From NCBI GenBank assembly GCA_951406725.2, contig OX597838.1, positions 36,642,001 through 36,706,000 on the forward strand: a DNA stretch of 64,000 nt. Reading direction: 5' to 3'. The position numbers and the translations under genes were made by a program. Positions 35,405 through 48,990 of this stretch are shown one piece after another (the stretch's first letter is position 1; each line of letters opens with the position of its first letter). This DNA comes from Octopus vulgaris. Its lineage: Eukaryota. Below the pieces are notes generated by a model that saw nothing but the letters and a program-made list of their open reading frames with translations, had not been told where the DNA came from and made no database searches.

Positions 35405-37680
35405 GTCATCGTCATCTAACGTCCATTTTCCATGCTGCTATGGGTTGGACAATTTGACCCCAAAGCTTGGAAGCTGCACCAGGTTCCAGGAGTCTGATTT
35501 GGCTTGGCTTCCATGGCTGGATGCCCTTCCTAATGCCAACCCCTTTAAAGAGTGTGTTGGGTGCTTTTATGTGGTGCTGCATGGGTGCTTTTATGTGTCA
35601 CTGCAGGGGCACTTTTATATGTCGCTGCAGGGGCACTTTTATATGTCACTGCAGGGGCACTTTTATGTGTCACTGCAGGGGCACTTTTATATGTCACTGC
35701 AGGGGCACTCTTATGTGTCGCTGCAGGGGCACTTTTATGTGTCGCTGCCTTTTATGTGTCGCTGCAAGGGCACTCTTATGTGTCACTGCAGGGGCACTCT
35801 TATATGTCGCTGCAGGGGCACTTTTATGTGTCGCAGCAGGGGCACTCTTATGTGTCGCAGCAGGGGCACTTTTATATGTCGCTGCAGGGGCACTTTTATG
35901 TGTCACTGCAGGGTCACTTTTATATGTCACTGCAGGGGCACTCTTATGTGTCACTGCAGGGGCACTTTTATGTGTCACTGCAGGGGCACTCTTATGTGTC
36001 ACTGCAGGGGCACTCTTATGTGTCACTGCAGGGGCACTTTTATGTGTCACTGCAGGGGCACTCTTATATGTCGCTGCAGGGGCACTTTTATGTGTCGCAG
36101 CAGGGGCACTCTTATGTGTCACTGCAGGGGCACTTTTATATGTCACTGCAGGGGCACTTTTATGTGTCACTGCAGGGGCACTCTTATATGTCGCTGCAGG
36201 GGCACTCTTATGTGTCACTGCAGGGGCACTCTTATATGTCACTGCAGGGTCACTTTTATATGTCGCTGCAGGGGCACTTTTATGTGTCACTGCAGGGGCA
36301 CTTTTATGTGTCACTGCAGGGGCACTCTTATATGTCGCTGCAGGGGCACTTTTATGTGTCGCAGCAGGGGCACTCTTATGTGTCGCAGCAGGGGCACTTT
36401 TATATGTCGCTGCAGGGGCACTTTTATGTGTCACTGCAGGGTCACTTTTATATGTCACTGCAGGGGCACTCTTATGTGTCACTGCAGGGGCACTTTTATG
36501 TGTCACTGCAGGGGCACTCTTATGTGTCACTGCAGGGGCACTCTTATGTGTCACTGCAGGGGCACTTTTATGTGTCACTGCAGGGGCACTTTTATGTGTC
36601 ACTGCAGGGGCACTTTTATGTGTCACTGCAGGGGCACTCTTATGTGTCACTGCAGGGGCACTTTTATGTGTCACTGCAGGGGCACTCTTATATGTCGCTG
36701 CAGGGGCACTTTTATATGTCGCTGCAGGGGCACTCTTATATGTCGCTGCAGGGGCACTTTTATGTGTCACTGCAGGGGCACTTTTATGTGTCACTGCAGG
36801 GGCACTCTTATATGTCGCTGCAGGGGCACTTTTATATGTCACTGCAGGGGCACTCTTATATGTCGCTGCAGGGGCACTTTTATGTGTCACTGCAGGGGCA
36901 CTTTTATGTGTCACTGCAGGGGCACTCTTATGTGTCGCTGCAAGGGCACTCTTATGTGTCACTGCAGGGGCACTCTTATGTGTCACTGCAGGGGCACTTT
37001 TTATGTGTCACTGCAGGGGCACTCTTATGTGTCACTGCAGGGGCACTTTTATATGTCGCTGCAGGGGCACTCTTATGTGTCACTGCAGGGGCACTCTTAT
37101 GTGTCACTGCAGGGGCACTTTTATGTGTCACTGCAGGGGCACTCTTATATGTCGCTGCAGGGGCACTCTTATGTGTCACTGCAGGGGCACTCTTATATGT
37201 CACTGCAGGGTCACTTTTATATGTCGCTGCAGGGGCACTTTTATGTGTCACTGCAGGGGCACTTTTATGTGTCACTGCAGGGGCACTCTTATATGTCGCT
37301 GCAGGGGCACTTTTATGTGTCGCAGCAGGGGCACTCTTATGTGTCGCAGCAGGGGCACTTTTATATGTCGCTGCAGGGGCACTTTTATGTGTCACTGCAG
37401 GGGCACTTTTATATGTCACTGCAGGGGCACTCTTATGTGTCGCTGCAAGGGCACTCTTATGTGTCACTGCAAGGGCACTCTTATGTGTCGCTGCAGGGGC
37501 ACTCTTATGTGTCACTGCAGGGGCACTCTTATATGTCGCAGCAGGGGCACTCTTATGTGTCACTGCAGGGGCATGTTTATGTGTCGCTTATATGTCACTG
37601 CACAAGTGCTTTTATGTGTCACCGTACAGGTGGTTTTACATGGCATTTCATGGGTACCTTTGAGCAACACCACCTTGAGT
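35405..37680 (-). mobile_element. SINE family B expanded by an internal minisatellite
   Basis: The SINE B tail and GGCTGGATGCCCTTCCTAATGCCAACC run directly into the array. Confidence 0.7.
35583..37630. repeat. 24-bp minisatellite GGGGCACT(T/C)TTAT(G/A)TGTC(A/G)CTGCA, over 80 units
   Basis: Direct read; 8-codon periodicity in the ORF track. Confidence 0.97.
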
Positions 37681-37719
37681 GCTTTACACGACCAGAAAGA
37701 CAAGTCTTAATATTTCTTA

Positions 37720-38255
37720 ACAATTACATCAACCCCCGTTCTCAACTGGTACTTCATTTATTGACCCCAAAAAGACAAAAGGTAAAATCGATCTCGGTGC
37801 AATTTGAACTGAGAACACAGCGACGGGCGAAATACCTATTTCTTTACTACCCGCAGAGGGCTAAACACAGAGGGGACAAACAAGGACGGACAAACAGATT
37901 AAGTTGATTACATTGACCCCCCCAGTGCGTAACTGGTACTTAATTTATCGACCCCGAAAAGATGAAAGGCAAAGTCGACCTCGGTGGAATTTGAACTCAG
38001 AATGTAACGGCAGCCGAAATACCTATTTCTTTACTACCCACAAGGGGTTGAACACAGAGATGACAAACAAGGACAGACAAACAGATTAAGTTGATTACAT
38101 TGACCCCCCAGTGCGTAACTGGTACTTAATTTATCGACCCCGAAAGGATGAAAAGCAAAGTCAACCTCGGCGGAATTTGAACTCAGAACGCAATGGCAGC
38201 CGAAATACGGCTACGCATTTCGCCTGGCGTGCCAACAATTCTGCCAGCTCGCTCC
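37720..38255 (-). mobile_element. SINE family C, tandem trimer of the body (188-bp period)
   Basis: AACAGATTAAGTTGATTACATTGACCCC recurs 188 bp apart; there is a single head at the right end. Confidence 0.8.
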
Positions 38256-38690
38256 TTTGTCTCAACAAGAACAATAATACCAACAACATACACTATGGTT
38301 TAGCAGAATTTATAGAACATAGCACATAATATATATCATCAGGCAGGCTATATATTGCGTATATATACAATATTTTAGGGTTCTTTTTTTGAAAATTCTA
38401 TAACATTGTAATTATCTCTGGAAAAACTTTTGTTAATTTTTGGAGCAAATTTTGGCTAATTTCATCCAGAAGATACCAATTAATTGTTTGAATGTCTGTT
38501 ATTTCGGAATTCAAATGAAAGTATTTCATAGAAAATATTTGCAACTCAGTAGAAAAGTCATAAAAATGAAAGAAAGAAATTTGAAGTTTTTGTCTTCTTT
38601 TTTTTACCTGAAAATAATGAATTCTGTCTCCAATGTTATGATATGCACATACATATATACATAATACATACATATATATATATATATATG

Positions 38691-39153
<463 letters not shown>

Positions 39154-40049
39154 ACACACACACACACGCACATATATATATATTTATGGATGTATGTATA
39201 CACATATATATATTCTTACATGCATATGTTCAAATGCATATATTCATATACATACATATATTCACTTTACATGCTATTATATATACACATATACATACAT
39301 GCATGTAATATATATCTATATAAATATATATGTGTGTGTATATATATATGTATGCATGTGTATGTGTGTGTGTGTATATAGATATGCTTGTGTGTGTGCA
39401 TCTGTATATATGTATATATAAATATATGCCTGTATATATATATGTATGTGTATATATATGTGTGTGTGTGTGCATGTGTATATATGTATGTATATATATA
39501 TATGTGTGTCTGTGTGAATGTGTATATATGTACATATATATATATGTTATGTATTTATATATGTATGTATATGAGCATTTGTGTGTGTATATATATATAG
39601 ATATATATATGTGTATTTAGATATATATATATGTATGTATGTATCTATCCACACACACACACACACACACACACTCATAAAACTACATACAGAAACATGC
39701 ACGCATGTGTATTACCAAAATTGTTTTATCCAATTTGCCTTGCTGCCACTGTTTTGTTAGTAATAAAAGTAGAACGGTAAATGAATATGGCATTACTTAT
39801 TGGATAGAATAAATGGCAATAGTTTTATAGGCAGTGACAAGCACACTATAGGCTTCTTGATTGGAATAGAGGCAGGGTTTGCTTTGACATAAAACCTTCC
39901 ATTCTCCCGGCTCCTCTCCTGTCTACATCTGTGTGGGTGTCCCCCTCCCCGTGACAAGGTCAGACAACTCAGGCTGACCTCATTACATTCATGCATACCA
40001 TGTAATACTATTGTTGTTGTTATATTCTTCAATGAAATGAAAGTGTTAG

Positions 40050-40240
40050 GCTTAGTGGCTTAAAGTGTTCAGCTCATGACCATCCAGTCGATTCCTGGTG
40101 GTGTGTTGTCTTCTTGAGCAAGTCACTTTATTCCCAATTGCTCCAGTTCACCCCAGCTGGCAAAAATGTGTAGTGCTTGTATTTCAAAGGACCAGCCTTG
40201 TCACATTCTGTGTCCTGCTGAATCTCCCTGAGAACTATAA
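40050..40240 (+). mobile_element. Diverged tRNA/CORE-type SINE
   Basis: GGCTTAGTGG...TTCTTGAGCAAGTCACTTTAT...TGCTCCAGTTCACCCCAGCTG. Confidence 0.6.
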
Positions 40241-40242
40241 GG

Positions 40243-40857
40243 AAGTGCTGAAAAGTTCCTAGTTTTAAGGGTATCACAGAAGACATGAATGGAGGCCCGG
40301 TTCTTTTAGAGGACTTAGAAAAACTGAAAGGCCACTGCAGTAAGTGTGTGAGTCTAAGATCCTCTTTTATCCAAAGCCAGGAACTCATACACACACACAC
40401 ACACACATATATGATGAGGTATTGAAAAGATCCTGGCTTTAAGGCCTGATTGGATGCCCAACCTTCTGAGTTCTTTGGCAGGGCTTAGAAAAACTGAAAG
40501 GCTACTGCAGTAAGTATGTGAATCTGAGAGGGAAATATGTTGAATAAAGTCATAATTAACTGATCCTCCTCTATTTTCTTTTACCCAAAGCCAGGAAATT
40601 TTCAACACCCCTCATACATATAAATACACACACACACATGACGGGGTGCTGAAATGTTCCTGGCTTTAAGGGTATTCCCAGAAGGTCTGATTGGAGGCCC
40701 AACCTTCTGAGTTCTTTGGCAGGGCTTAGAAAAACTGAAGGGCCACTACAATAAGTGTGTGAATCTGAGCATGGAATATGTTGAATAAAATCCTAATTAA
40801 CTGATCCTCCTGTATTTTCTTTTACCCAAGGCCAGGAAATTTTCAGTCGCTCCTCAT
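40243..40857 (+). mobile_element. Three tandem mariner-derived MITEs (40243-40388, 40413-40615, 40639-40857)
   Basis: TIR GGGGTGCTGAAA(A)GTTCCTGGCTTT / AAAGCCAGGAAATTTTCA; internal remnant GLEKLKGHCSKCV.LRGEYVE*. Confidence 0.8.
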
Positions 40858-41224
40858 ACATCAAAGGTGTGCATGTATGTGAAGTACTCAGCCACATGCA
40901 TGTTTATTTCATGAGCAGGCTGTTAGGCTGATCAAACCAACTGGAATACACAATAACCAACAAAGAGCCAGACTATATCTGGTTTTCATTGCATAATAAA
41001 TGATTGAGATCACACCATTCCCTTTGAATGGAGTCCCTGTCCATTGCAGGGTACCTATTTACAGTTGAGTGGACTGAGGCTGCATTAAATGAAGTGTTTT
41101 GTTCAAGAACACAAAGGTACCACCCAGTCTGAGAACTGAAACCATGATCTTACAATTGTGAGTGCAATACTCTCTCTAGCTACTAGGTCATGTACCTTCA
41201 CCTAACCATGGATTCCAAGTGAAA

Positions 41225-41480
41225 TGCCCTTATGCTAGTGCCATGTAAAATTTCCTCCTGATGGTGCCATGTAAAATGCCCTCGTGCGGGTGCTATGTAA
41301 ATACCACTGAGCCTGTGGCATGTAAAAAGCACTCTATAAAGTGGTGGTTGGCAGTGGGAAGGGTCTCCAGTCATAGAGACCATACCAAAACTCTGGCTGG
41401 CCAGCTTCTATCAAACCATTCAACCCATGCCAGCATGGAAAACAGACGTTGAATGATGATGGGGATGATGATGATGATGT
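41225..41480 (+). mobile_element. SINE family B, diverged
   Basis: Repeated GTGCCATGTAAAA units, AACCCATGCCAGCATGGAAA and a (GAT)n tail. Confidence 0.7.
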
Positions 41481-42624
41481 GGAAAATGCAATCCTTCTGA
41501 TCGTCTAAGTGATAAATAACTCTGAATATTTGCTGACTTAAGCCACAGTCACCCGTCAAACCCATGTCAACATGAAATGGTGATGACGATGATGATGATG
41601 ACAAAATGGACATTTTTTGGCATGACTGTTTTGAAGCAGGCATTATTGATTCCTGACATGTTTGTTTGAATCCTGACCCGAACCCCTAGGGTGTAAGAAG
41701 TTGAGAGCTGAGACACTTTGCCTGAGTGAGGTTTCTTCCTTGAAGACCTTCTGCGGTTCAGCTCTCTCAAGAGTTTCTTGTTACGATGTAGTCCTAAATA
41801 TCTTACTTAAAGGATTATCAACTGTCTCCCTATCTATAACATATCGTCTTACTATATACATGTGTCTGTCTGTGTGTCAATATATATTTCTAAGATGTTA
41901 TATCTGAAACACCTGCTATATATAAATATATGTATATATAAATATATGTATATTGGGGAAGTGGGTTTCCTGTGACCCGAACTTTACGCATCGCATACTA
42001 CAATGAATAACCTCAGGCTGTAAACTTAATATCTACAGAAGTTACCTAAAACCAAAGTAAAGAAAAAAAAAACAACCTAAAAACAAAAACAAAAGAAATA
42101 TATAAATGATAAATGCGAAGTAAAAATTTCAAAGATCAGAATCAGATACCGGGGAAAAAAAAATATCTCCCGGAGAAACAAACAAAACAAAACAAGCAAA
42201 AATTTTTATAATATATAAAAAAAAATTCTAAAACAAGTAATTTTTGGTTTGTTTACTAATCGATAGCAATCCATAAAAAAATTTATATAGACTCTGTAGC
42301 TTCAGAAGTTTATGTGACAATGGAGAGGACATTGAAACCATTAATCAATAACTGAAACGATAAAGTGTGATCAAAAATAGTGGCTCCTAATTTGTTGTCG
42401 GTTGGAGACAAATAACGATATTGGGGTAATTATAGTTTTATGGCTTAGATAGTAGAGAGAGAGAGAGAGAGAGAGAGAGTAATGTATGTGTGACCCAGGA
42501 TTGGTTGGAACAAAAGAAGGAAGAGAGAGATAATCTTGGACCGAAAAGCTCTCTCTCGTGAATTCTTGTAACTGAATGAACTCACCGGCTCTGTAATGTC
42601 GGAGGATGCACATGTGGTTGTCAG

Positions 42625-42940
42625 CTGTCATTGTCGTCATCGTTATCGTTGTTATCGTCGTCATCCTCATTTTCATCGTCAGCGTCAACATCGGCATCGT
42701 CAGTCGTAATCATCGTCATTATCGTCATCGACGTCAACATCAGCATCGTGAACATCATCATCACCATCATCATGACCACTACCATCATCATCACCATCCT
42801 TATCACTGCTACTACCATCATCATCATTGTCACCACTCCCACCACTACCACTATCACCACAATCATTATCGTCATCATTACCACCATCATCATCATCATC
42901 ACCACCACCACCACTACCACTACCATCATCATCATCATTT
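42625..42940. repeat. (CAT/CGT/CAC)n region
   Basis: Direct read. Confidence 0.9.
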
Positions 42941-43245
42941 AATATCTGCTTTCCATGCTGGCATGGGTTGGATTGTTTGACAGGAGCTGCTATGGCTGGT
43001 TGGGCGGCACCAAACTTCACCTGGCTGTTTTAGCATGGTTTCTCCAGCCAATTAACTCCATCCCATTCAGGTGGGAATGTATAAACCAAGGAAACTGGGA
43101 AACCGGCCCTTGTGAGCCAGGCATGGCTTGAAAAGTAACAAACATTTCTGTCAAGGGCTTATATGCCCCACTATTAGACTATTTTCTTTAGTCACTACAT
43201 AGTGATTCCTTATAAGCTTTAAGCTTATAAAATATACTGTATATA

Positions 43246-43277
<32 letters not shown>

Positions 43278-43288
43278 ATATATATATG

Positions 43289-43588
43289 TGGAGTCGCAAT
43301 GGCCCAGTGGTTAGGGCAGTGGACTCGCAGTTGTAGGATCGCGGTTTCAATTCCCAGACTGGGCATTGTGAGTGTTTATTGAGCGAAAATACCTAAAGCT
43401 CCACGAGGCTCCAGGGTGGGGGGGAGTTCCCTGCTGTACTTTTTCTCCACAGCTTTCTCTCACTCTTTCTTCTGTTGGCCTGCTCGCTTAGCCAGCGGGG
43501 TGGCATCATTTGAAGGCTAAAACAATGCGAAGCGCATTGTGACCAGTGATGTGTAGCAACATTTGATAGCCTGGTCGGTCACGGTGAT
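43289..43588 (+). mobile_element. tRNA(Arg)-like SINE (family D head, different tail)
   Basis: TGGCCCAGTGGTTAGGGCAGTGGACTCGC...GGTTTCAATTCCC. Confidence 0.8.
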
Positions 43589-43629
43589 ATATATATATGT
43601 ATACAAATATATAAAATATATATATGTAC

Positions 43630-43682
<53 letters not shown>

Positions 43683-43959
43683 CATGTATATATAGATATA
43701 TATATATACATATATATTATATATATGTATACACACACAGACACACATTCATTCATGTGGTGCTTTACAGGGAATGAATGAGGAAGGAATGCTCAATACA
43801 AATAGATGTTTTTTTTCATTAAAACAGTAGCTGATTGCTTGTCTTGAGACTAGACACATATATCTGTCTGTCTGTGTGTATGTGTTGCACATATACTGGG
43901 TTATATATATATGTATATTTATCACCGCTGTCCTAACCACAGGGCCATTGTACCTCCAC

Positions 43960-44158
43960 ATCATCATCATCATCATCGTTTAGCATCCGTTTTCCATGCT
44001 AGCATAGGTTGGACGGTTCTACTGGGGTCTATGAAGCCAGAAGGCTTCATCAGGCCCAGTCAAATCTGGCAGTGTTTCTACGGCTGGATGCCCTTCCTAA
44101 CGCCAACCACTCCGAGAGTGTAGTGGGTGCTTTTTACGTGCCACCCGCACAGGTGCCA

Positions 44159-44160
<2 letters not shown>
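43960..44160 (-). mobile_element. SINE family B, truncated at (TA)n
   Basis: Family motifs. Confidence 0.85.
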
Positions 44161-44202
<42 letters not shown>

Positions 44203-44205
<3 letters not shown>

Positions 44206-44660
44206 AGGATTCAAGAAAAAACAAAAGACAAAGACAGGTGGTGTACAAAACAAACAGATGTATTAGTATAATTGAAAAAGTCTTTTATGTTTTGAGCCTA
44301 CGCTCTTCCACAGAAAGGAACACAGAAAGAAACAAGGAAAGAATAAAAATGTGTGTAGTGGCAACCGGTCAATCATGGCGACTGCCGGAGAGAAGGGTCA
44401 CACTGGAGAGCGAAGAAGTAGGGGAGATAACAAAGTACTAGTGATCCCAAAAAACGGAGGTGCATGTGTGTGTGAAAGAGGGCTGGTGGTCTTGACGTGT
44501 GTGTATGTGTATGCATAGGTGTGAAAATGTGGGAGAGGGTGTAAGGGATGGGAAAGATAGGGAAGGTGGAGTAGGTATGTGTAGGGGTGGGGTGGGCTTA
44601 TGGGGGAAGGTTGACGATAAAGGGGGAAGGGAAAGATGGGTATGAGAGAAGAGAGAGAGT
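44203..44660 (-). mobile_element. (TA)n-flanked H1-related element with hammerhead-like motif (44282-44317)
   Basis: Minus strand CTTT-CTGTGGA-A-GAGC(GTAG)GCTC-AAAA-CA-TA-AAAG has the same architecture as H1, with a covarying stem I. Confidence 0.55.
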
Positions 44661-44785
44661 GATATATATATATATAAACATATATGTATATGTATATATA
44701 TGTATATATATATATATACATACATATATGTGTGTATATATATAAATATATACATACATATATATATGTGTGTATATATATATAT

Positions 44786-45001
44786 ACTCTTTTACTCTTT
44801 TACTTGTTTCAGTCATTTGACTGCGGCCATGCTGGAGCACGGCCTTTAGTCGAGCAAATCGACCCCAGGACTTATTCTTTGTAAGCCCAGTACTTATTCT
44901 ATCGGTCTCTTTTGCCGAACCGCTAAGTGACGGGGACGTAAACACACCAGCATCGGTTGTCAAGCAATGCTAAGGAGACAAACACAAACACACACACACA
45001 T

Positions 45002-45040
<39 letters not shown>

Positions 45041-45197
45041 CGACAGGCTTCTTTCAGTGTCCGTCTACCAAATCTACTCACAAGGCATTGGTCGGCCCAG
45101 GGCTATAGCAGAATTCACTTGCCCAAGATGCCACGCAGTGGAACTGAACCCGGAACCATGTGGTTGGTTAGCAAGCTACTTACCACACAGCCACTCT
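44786..45197 (-). mobile_element. SINE family A, full length
   Basis: Family motifs. Confidence 0.9.
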
Positions 45198-45799
45198 TAT
45201 ATATATATATATATATATATATGCTTGAAATTTTTTCCAATTTTCAAATTGCAATTATTAGTTCTTTATTTCTAACTTTTATTCTGTTCTTCTTCTTCTT
45301 GTCTTATTTAGCCTGACTTTACATACCAAATTCTTATTCAGACTTCTAAATTTTATTCATTCATTCATTCCACATTATTAATGTTATTACTGTTCTTACT
45401 ACTACTACTACCACTACTACTGCTGCTGCTGTTCTTGTTGTTGTTATTACACTTAAAAAAAACAAAAACAACCTACATATCTGTTGGCCATGTGGACCGG
45501 TGTGGTGGCGATGTCTCACTGTGTCATATTTGCTATGAAGTCAGATGTTGTGCAAAACATCCTGAATCAAATGAGAAGGTTTCAAATTCTATGAAAAGAA
45601 GCCTAAATTTAAAAAAAAAAAAAACATTAAAAAAAAAACCTTCACTCCTCCCTCCTTTTTTTTGTATATTTTATTTTTACCAAAAATACACTTCAAAGGA
45701 TGTGTTTGTGAATGAAGAAAATAAACTAAAGATTTCTTAAGAAGACGTAAGACTTATTTGTGAAAACACTTTGACGATGTCTGTAAGTTTATGTTCATG

Positions 45800-46005
45800 T
45801 GAGTGTGTATATATGTATATATATATCTATATTTTTCAACTCTCTCTCTCACTCTGTCACGACATATTCATACATACATACATGTGTGTGTATATATATT
45901 AATACTCATAAATGTATATATATATGTGTATATATAAATATATATTCATATAGCTACTCATATATACATGTATATGATTATATATATATATATATGTATA
46001 TACTC

Positions 46006-46047
<42 letters not shown>

Positions 46048-46457
46048 ATGTATATACTCATAAATATAAGTATATAAATCTATGTACTCATACATATATA
46101 TATGTGTTGGTATGTATTCATATATGTGTATGTATATTTATATTTATGTATATATATGTGCATATATATACGTATGTATATTTCTATGCATATATATACG
46201 TATATATATATATATATATACAAGTGTATATGTGTTTATGTATATATATGTGTGTTTATATGTGTGTGTACATGTGTATATATGTATATATATGTGTGTG
46301 TATGTATATGTAGGTGTATATATATATATATGTATATATGTCAGTATATATATGTGCATGCATATGTATATATACATGTATATATATATATATATGTGTG
46401 TGTGTCTATATATGTATATATTCATATATTTATACTGATATATATATACATATACAT

Positions 46458-46488
<31 letters not shown>

Positions 46489-46548
46489 CTGATATATATA
46501 TATATATATAGGCACATATATATATAAATATAGATATATATACGTATC

Positions 46549-46581
<33 letters not shown>

Positions 46582-46588
46582 CATATAT

Positions 46589-46627
<39 letters not shown>

Positions 46628-46757
46628 TAGATAAACAGTTTATGTATTGGTTGAAAGTGTCAATAACTATTGATGTAAGTAGTACGCTTCTATTGTTATG
46701 TGTGTATGTGTATGCAAATATGTATACATACACACATGTGCACACCCACTCACCACT

Positions 46758-46801
<44 letters not shown>

Positions 46802-46808
46802 CCACTCC

Positions 46809-46856
<48 letters not shown>

Positions 46857-46890
46857 CATATATATATGTGTGTGTGTGTGTGTATGTGCA
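45800..46890. repeat. (TA)/(TG)/(CA) microsatellite field
   Basis: Direct read. Confidence 0.9.
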
Positions 46891-47989
46891 CATACATATC
46901 ACAAAGACTCACACACGTGCATGACTACATGATTCATTGTTTGCCCTGAAGTTGAGTGAAATCCGAAATTCCTCCATTGTTCCTGTTGTTGTAAACACCT
47001 GTGGGTTTTTAGACTTGTTTATTGGAAACAGGTTCCTCCATCTGATCAACATTAGCTCCACACCAATATAAGGCACTCACACACACACACTAAGACATAC
47101 ACTAAGACACGCACAAATGCATGCAAGCTTGTATCAATGTCTTTGTGTGTGTGTGTGTGTGTGTGTAAAGGACAGAGGGATGTTGGAGGAGAAGAGACAA
47201 TTTGATAACGAAAGATGAGAACTGCAGCTGTTAGACAAAGTGACGCTATTGGAAACAGAAATCCATCCATCCATCTATAGATACATACTTGTACACATGC
47301 ATGTTTGTGTATACACAAACACCAATGCAAACACACACACACACACGCACACACACACTATCCTCTTCTGTGCTCTGGTATACAACATATCTCAACATAT
47401 CTTAGAAAACAAGGTATTTTTCATTGAAAATTCTCAAATAATTAGAAAATTAGAAAGAGCCATCATATCAATATGTATGTATGTGTATATATATATATAT
47501 ATATATACATATATATATGTGTGTGTATGTATGCATATATATATATATACATATATATATAGGTGTGTGTATGTATGTATATATATATAAATGAAATAGA
47601 ATGGTGAAATAGAGAAATAATTGAATACATACATCATAACAAAAGCCATATTGTTTGTATATATACATACATACATACATACATATATATATATATATAT
47701 GTATGTATTTATGTATGAATTTATGCATTTGCTTTGCAAGATTCTTGATGTGAAAATGTGTGTTAAAATAGATATTGTTATACATATATATTATTTAAAC
47801 ATATATGTGTGTGTCCGTATATATATATATATATATATATATACATACATATATATACATATGTATGTATGTTTATATTTCATCTCTGTAGCGAAAATGT
47901 AATAAAGTGTTTCTTGTATGATCCTTTGTGGTTCAGCATTGAGTTGTACTTGGAAGAATATCGTCAGGTGTCATTTAATATAAATTACA

Positions 47990-48990
47990 GTTAGGTATTC
48001 CTGAAAAGCAAATAGGAACCCATTAAAAAAGAGCAATGGCATCAGGTATGAACTAAAGTAAGATTTGATTTGGTATCGATTGAAAGTTTACACACAGGTA
48101 TGCAATGTAGTTAGTTATCCACTAAAATTAAACCATGTAGTTAGGTAGCAATGAAAAACATTATTGTAGTTAAGCAATTATTAAATATAAACAGCGCAGT
48201 TCATTATAAACTGAAAATAAAAAGATTGGTACCCATTAAAAATACATAATATTGACAAGTACCCATTAAAAATCGACAAGGCAGGGTGATGCCCATTAAA
48301 ATAGATAATGTTGATGAGTATCCATTAAAAATCAACAAGGCAGAGTGATGCCCATTAAAATAGATAATGTTGATGAGTATCCATTAAAAATCAACAAAGC
48401 AGGGTGATGCCCATTAAAATAGATAATGTTGATGAGTATCCATTAAAAATCAACAAAGCAGAGTGATGCCCATTAAAACAGATAATATTGATGAGTATCC
48501 ATAAAAAATCAACAAAGCAGAGTGATGCCCATTAAAATAGATAATATTGATGAATACCCCTTAAAAATCAACAGAGCAGATTAGTTCCCATTCAAAATAG
48601 ACAGTGTAGATGGTTATCAATTAAGAAAAGCCCAGTGTGATTAGGAAGCCATTAAAACATAATTAGTGTGGATACTCTTTTACTTGTTCCAGTCATTTGA
48701 CTGTGGCCATGCTGGAGCACCGCCTTTAGTCGAGCAAATCGACTCCAGGACTTATTCTTTGGAAGCCTAGTACTTATTCTATCGGTCTCTTTTGCCGAGC
48801 CGCTAAGTTACGGAGACGTAAACACACCAGCATCAGTTGTCAAGTGATGTTGGATGCTTCATCCATCATCCATTGAAAATAAAGTGTGGGTATCTACCCA
48901 TTGAAGATAAACAGTGTAGTAAGGCACCCATTAAAAATAAACCATGCAATCAAATACCAATTAACAAGATGCTATAGTTAGCTTGCTACT
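47990..48990. repeat. Degenerate 29-30 bp satellite with a homogeneous 59-bp dimeric core (48228-48600)
   Basis: CCATTAAAAATCAACAA(G/A)GCAG(G/A)GTGATGC + CCATTAAAATAGATAAT(G/A)TTGATGAGTAT, about five copies. Confidence 0.85.
48673..48852 (-). mobile_element. SINE A 3' half inserted in the satellite
   Basis: Family tail motifs. Confidence 0.85.

Noticed and set aside
35391-37907. 703-838 aa ORFs (Cys/His-rich, SLQGHFYV repeats)
   Set aside because: They are translations of a 24-bp minisatellite. All three frames are open, 1-bp and partial-unit indels swap the frames, and the flanks are SINE sequence.
38595-38622. Minus-strand TTTTCAG|GTAA recursive splice site
   Set aside because: The polypyrimidine tract is weak, such a match is expected by chance in AT-rich DNA, and there is no host gene evidence.
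45477-45561. Minus-strand exon-like segment (TTCAG acceptor, GTAGGT donor)
   Set aside because: It has stops in all three frames. It could be non-coding, but this is unsupported without RNA data.
48228-48600. CRISPR-like periodic array
   Set aside because: The intervening sequences are themselves repeated, the context is eukaryotic, and there are no cas genes.
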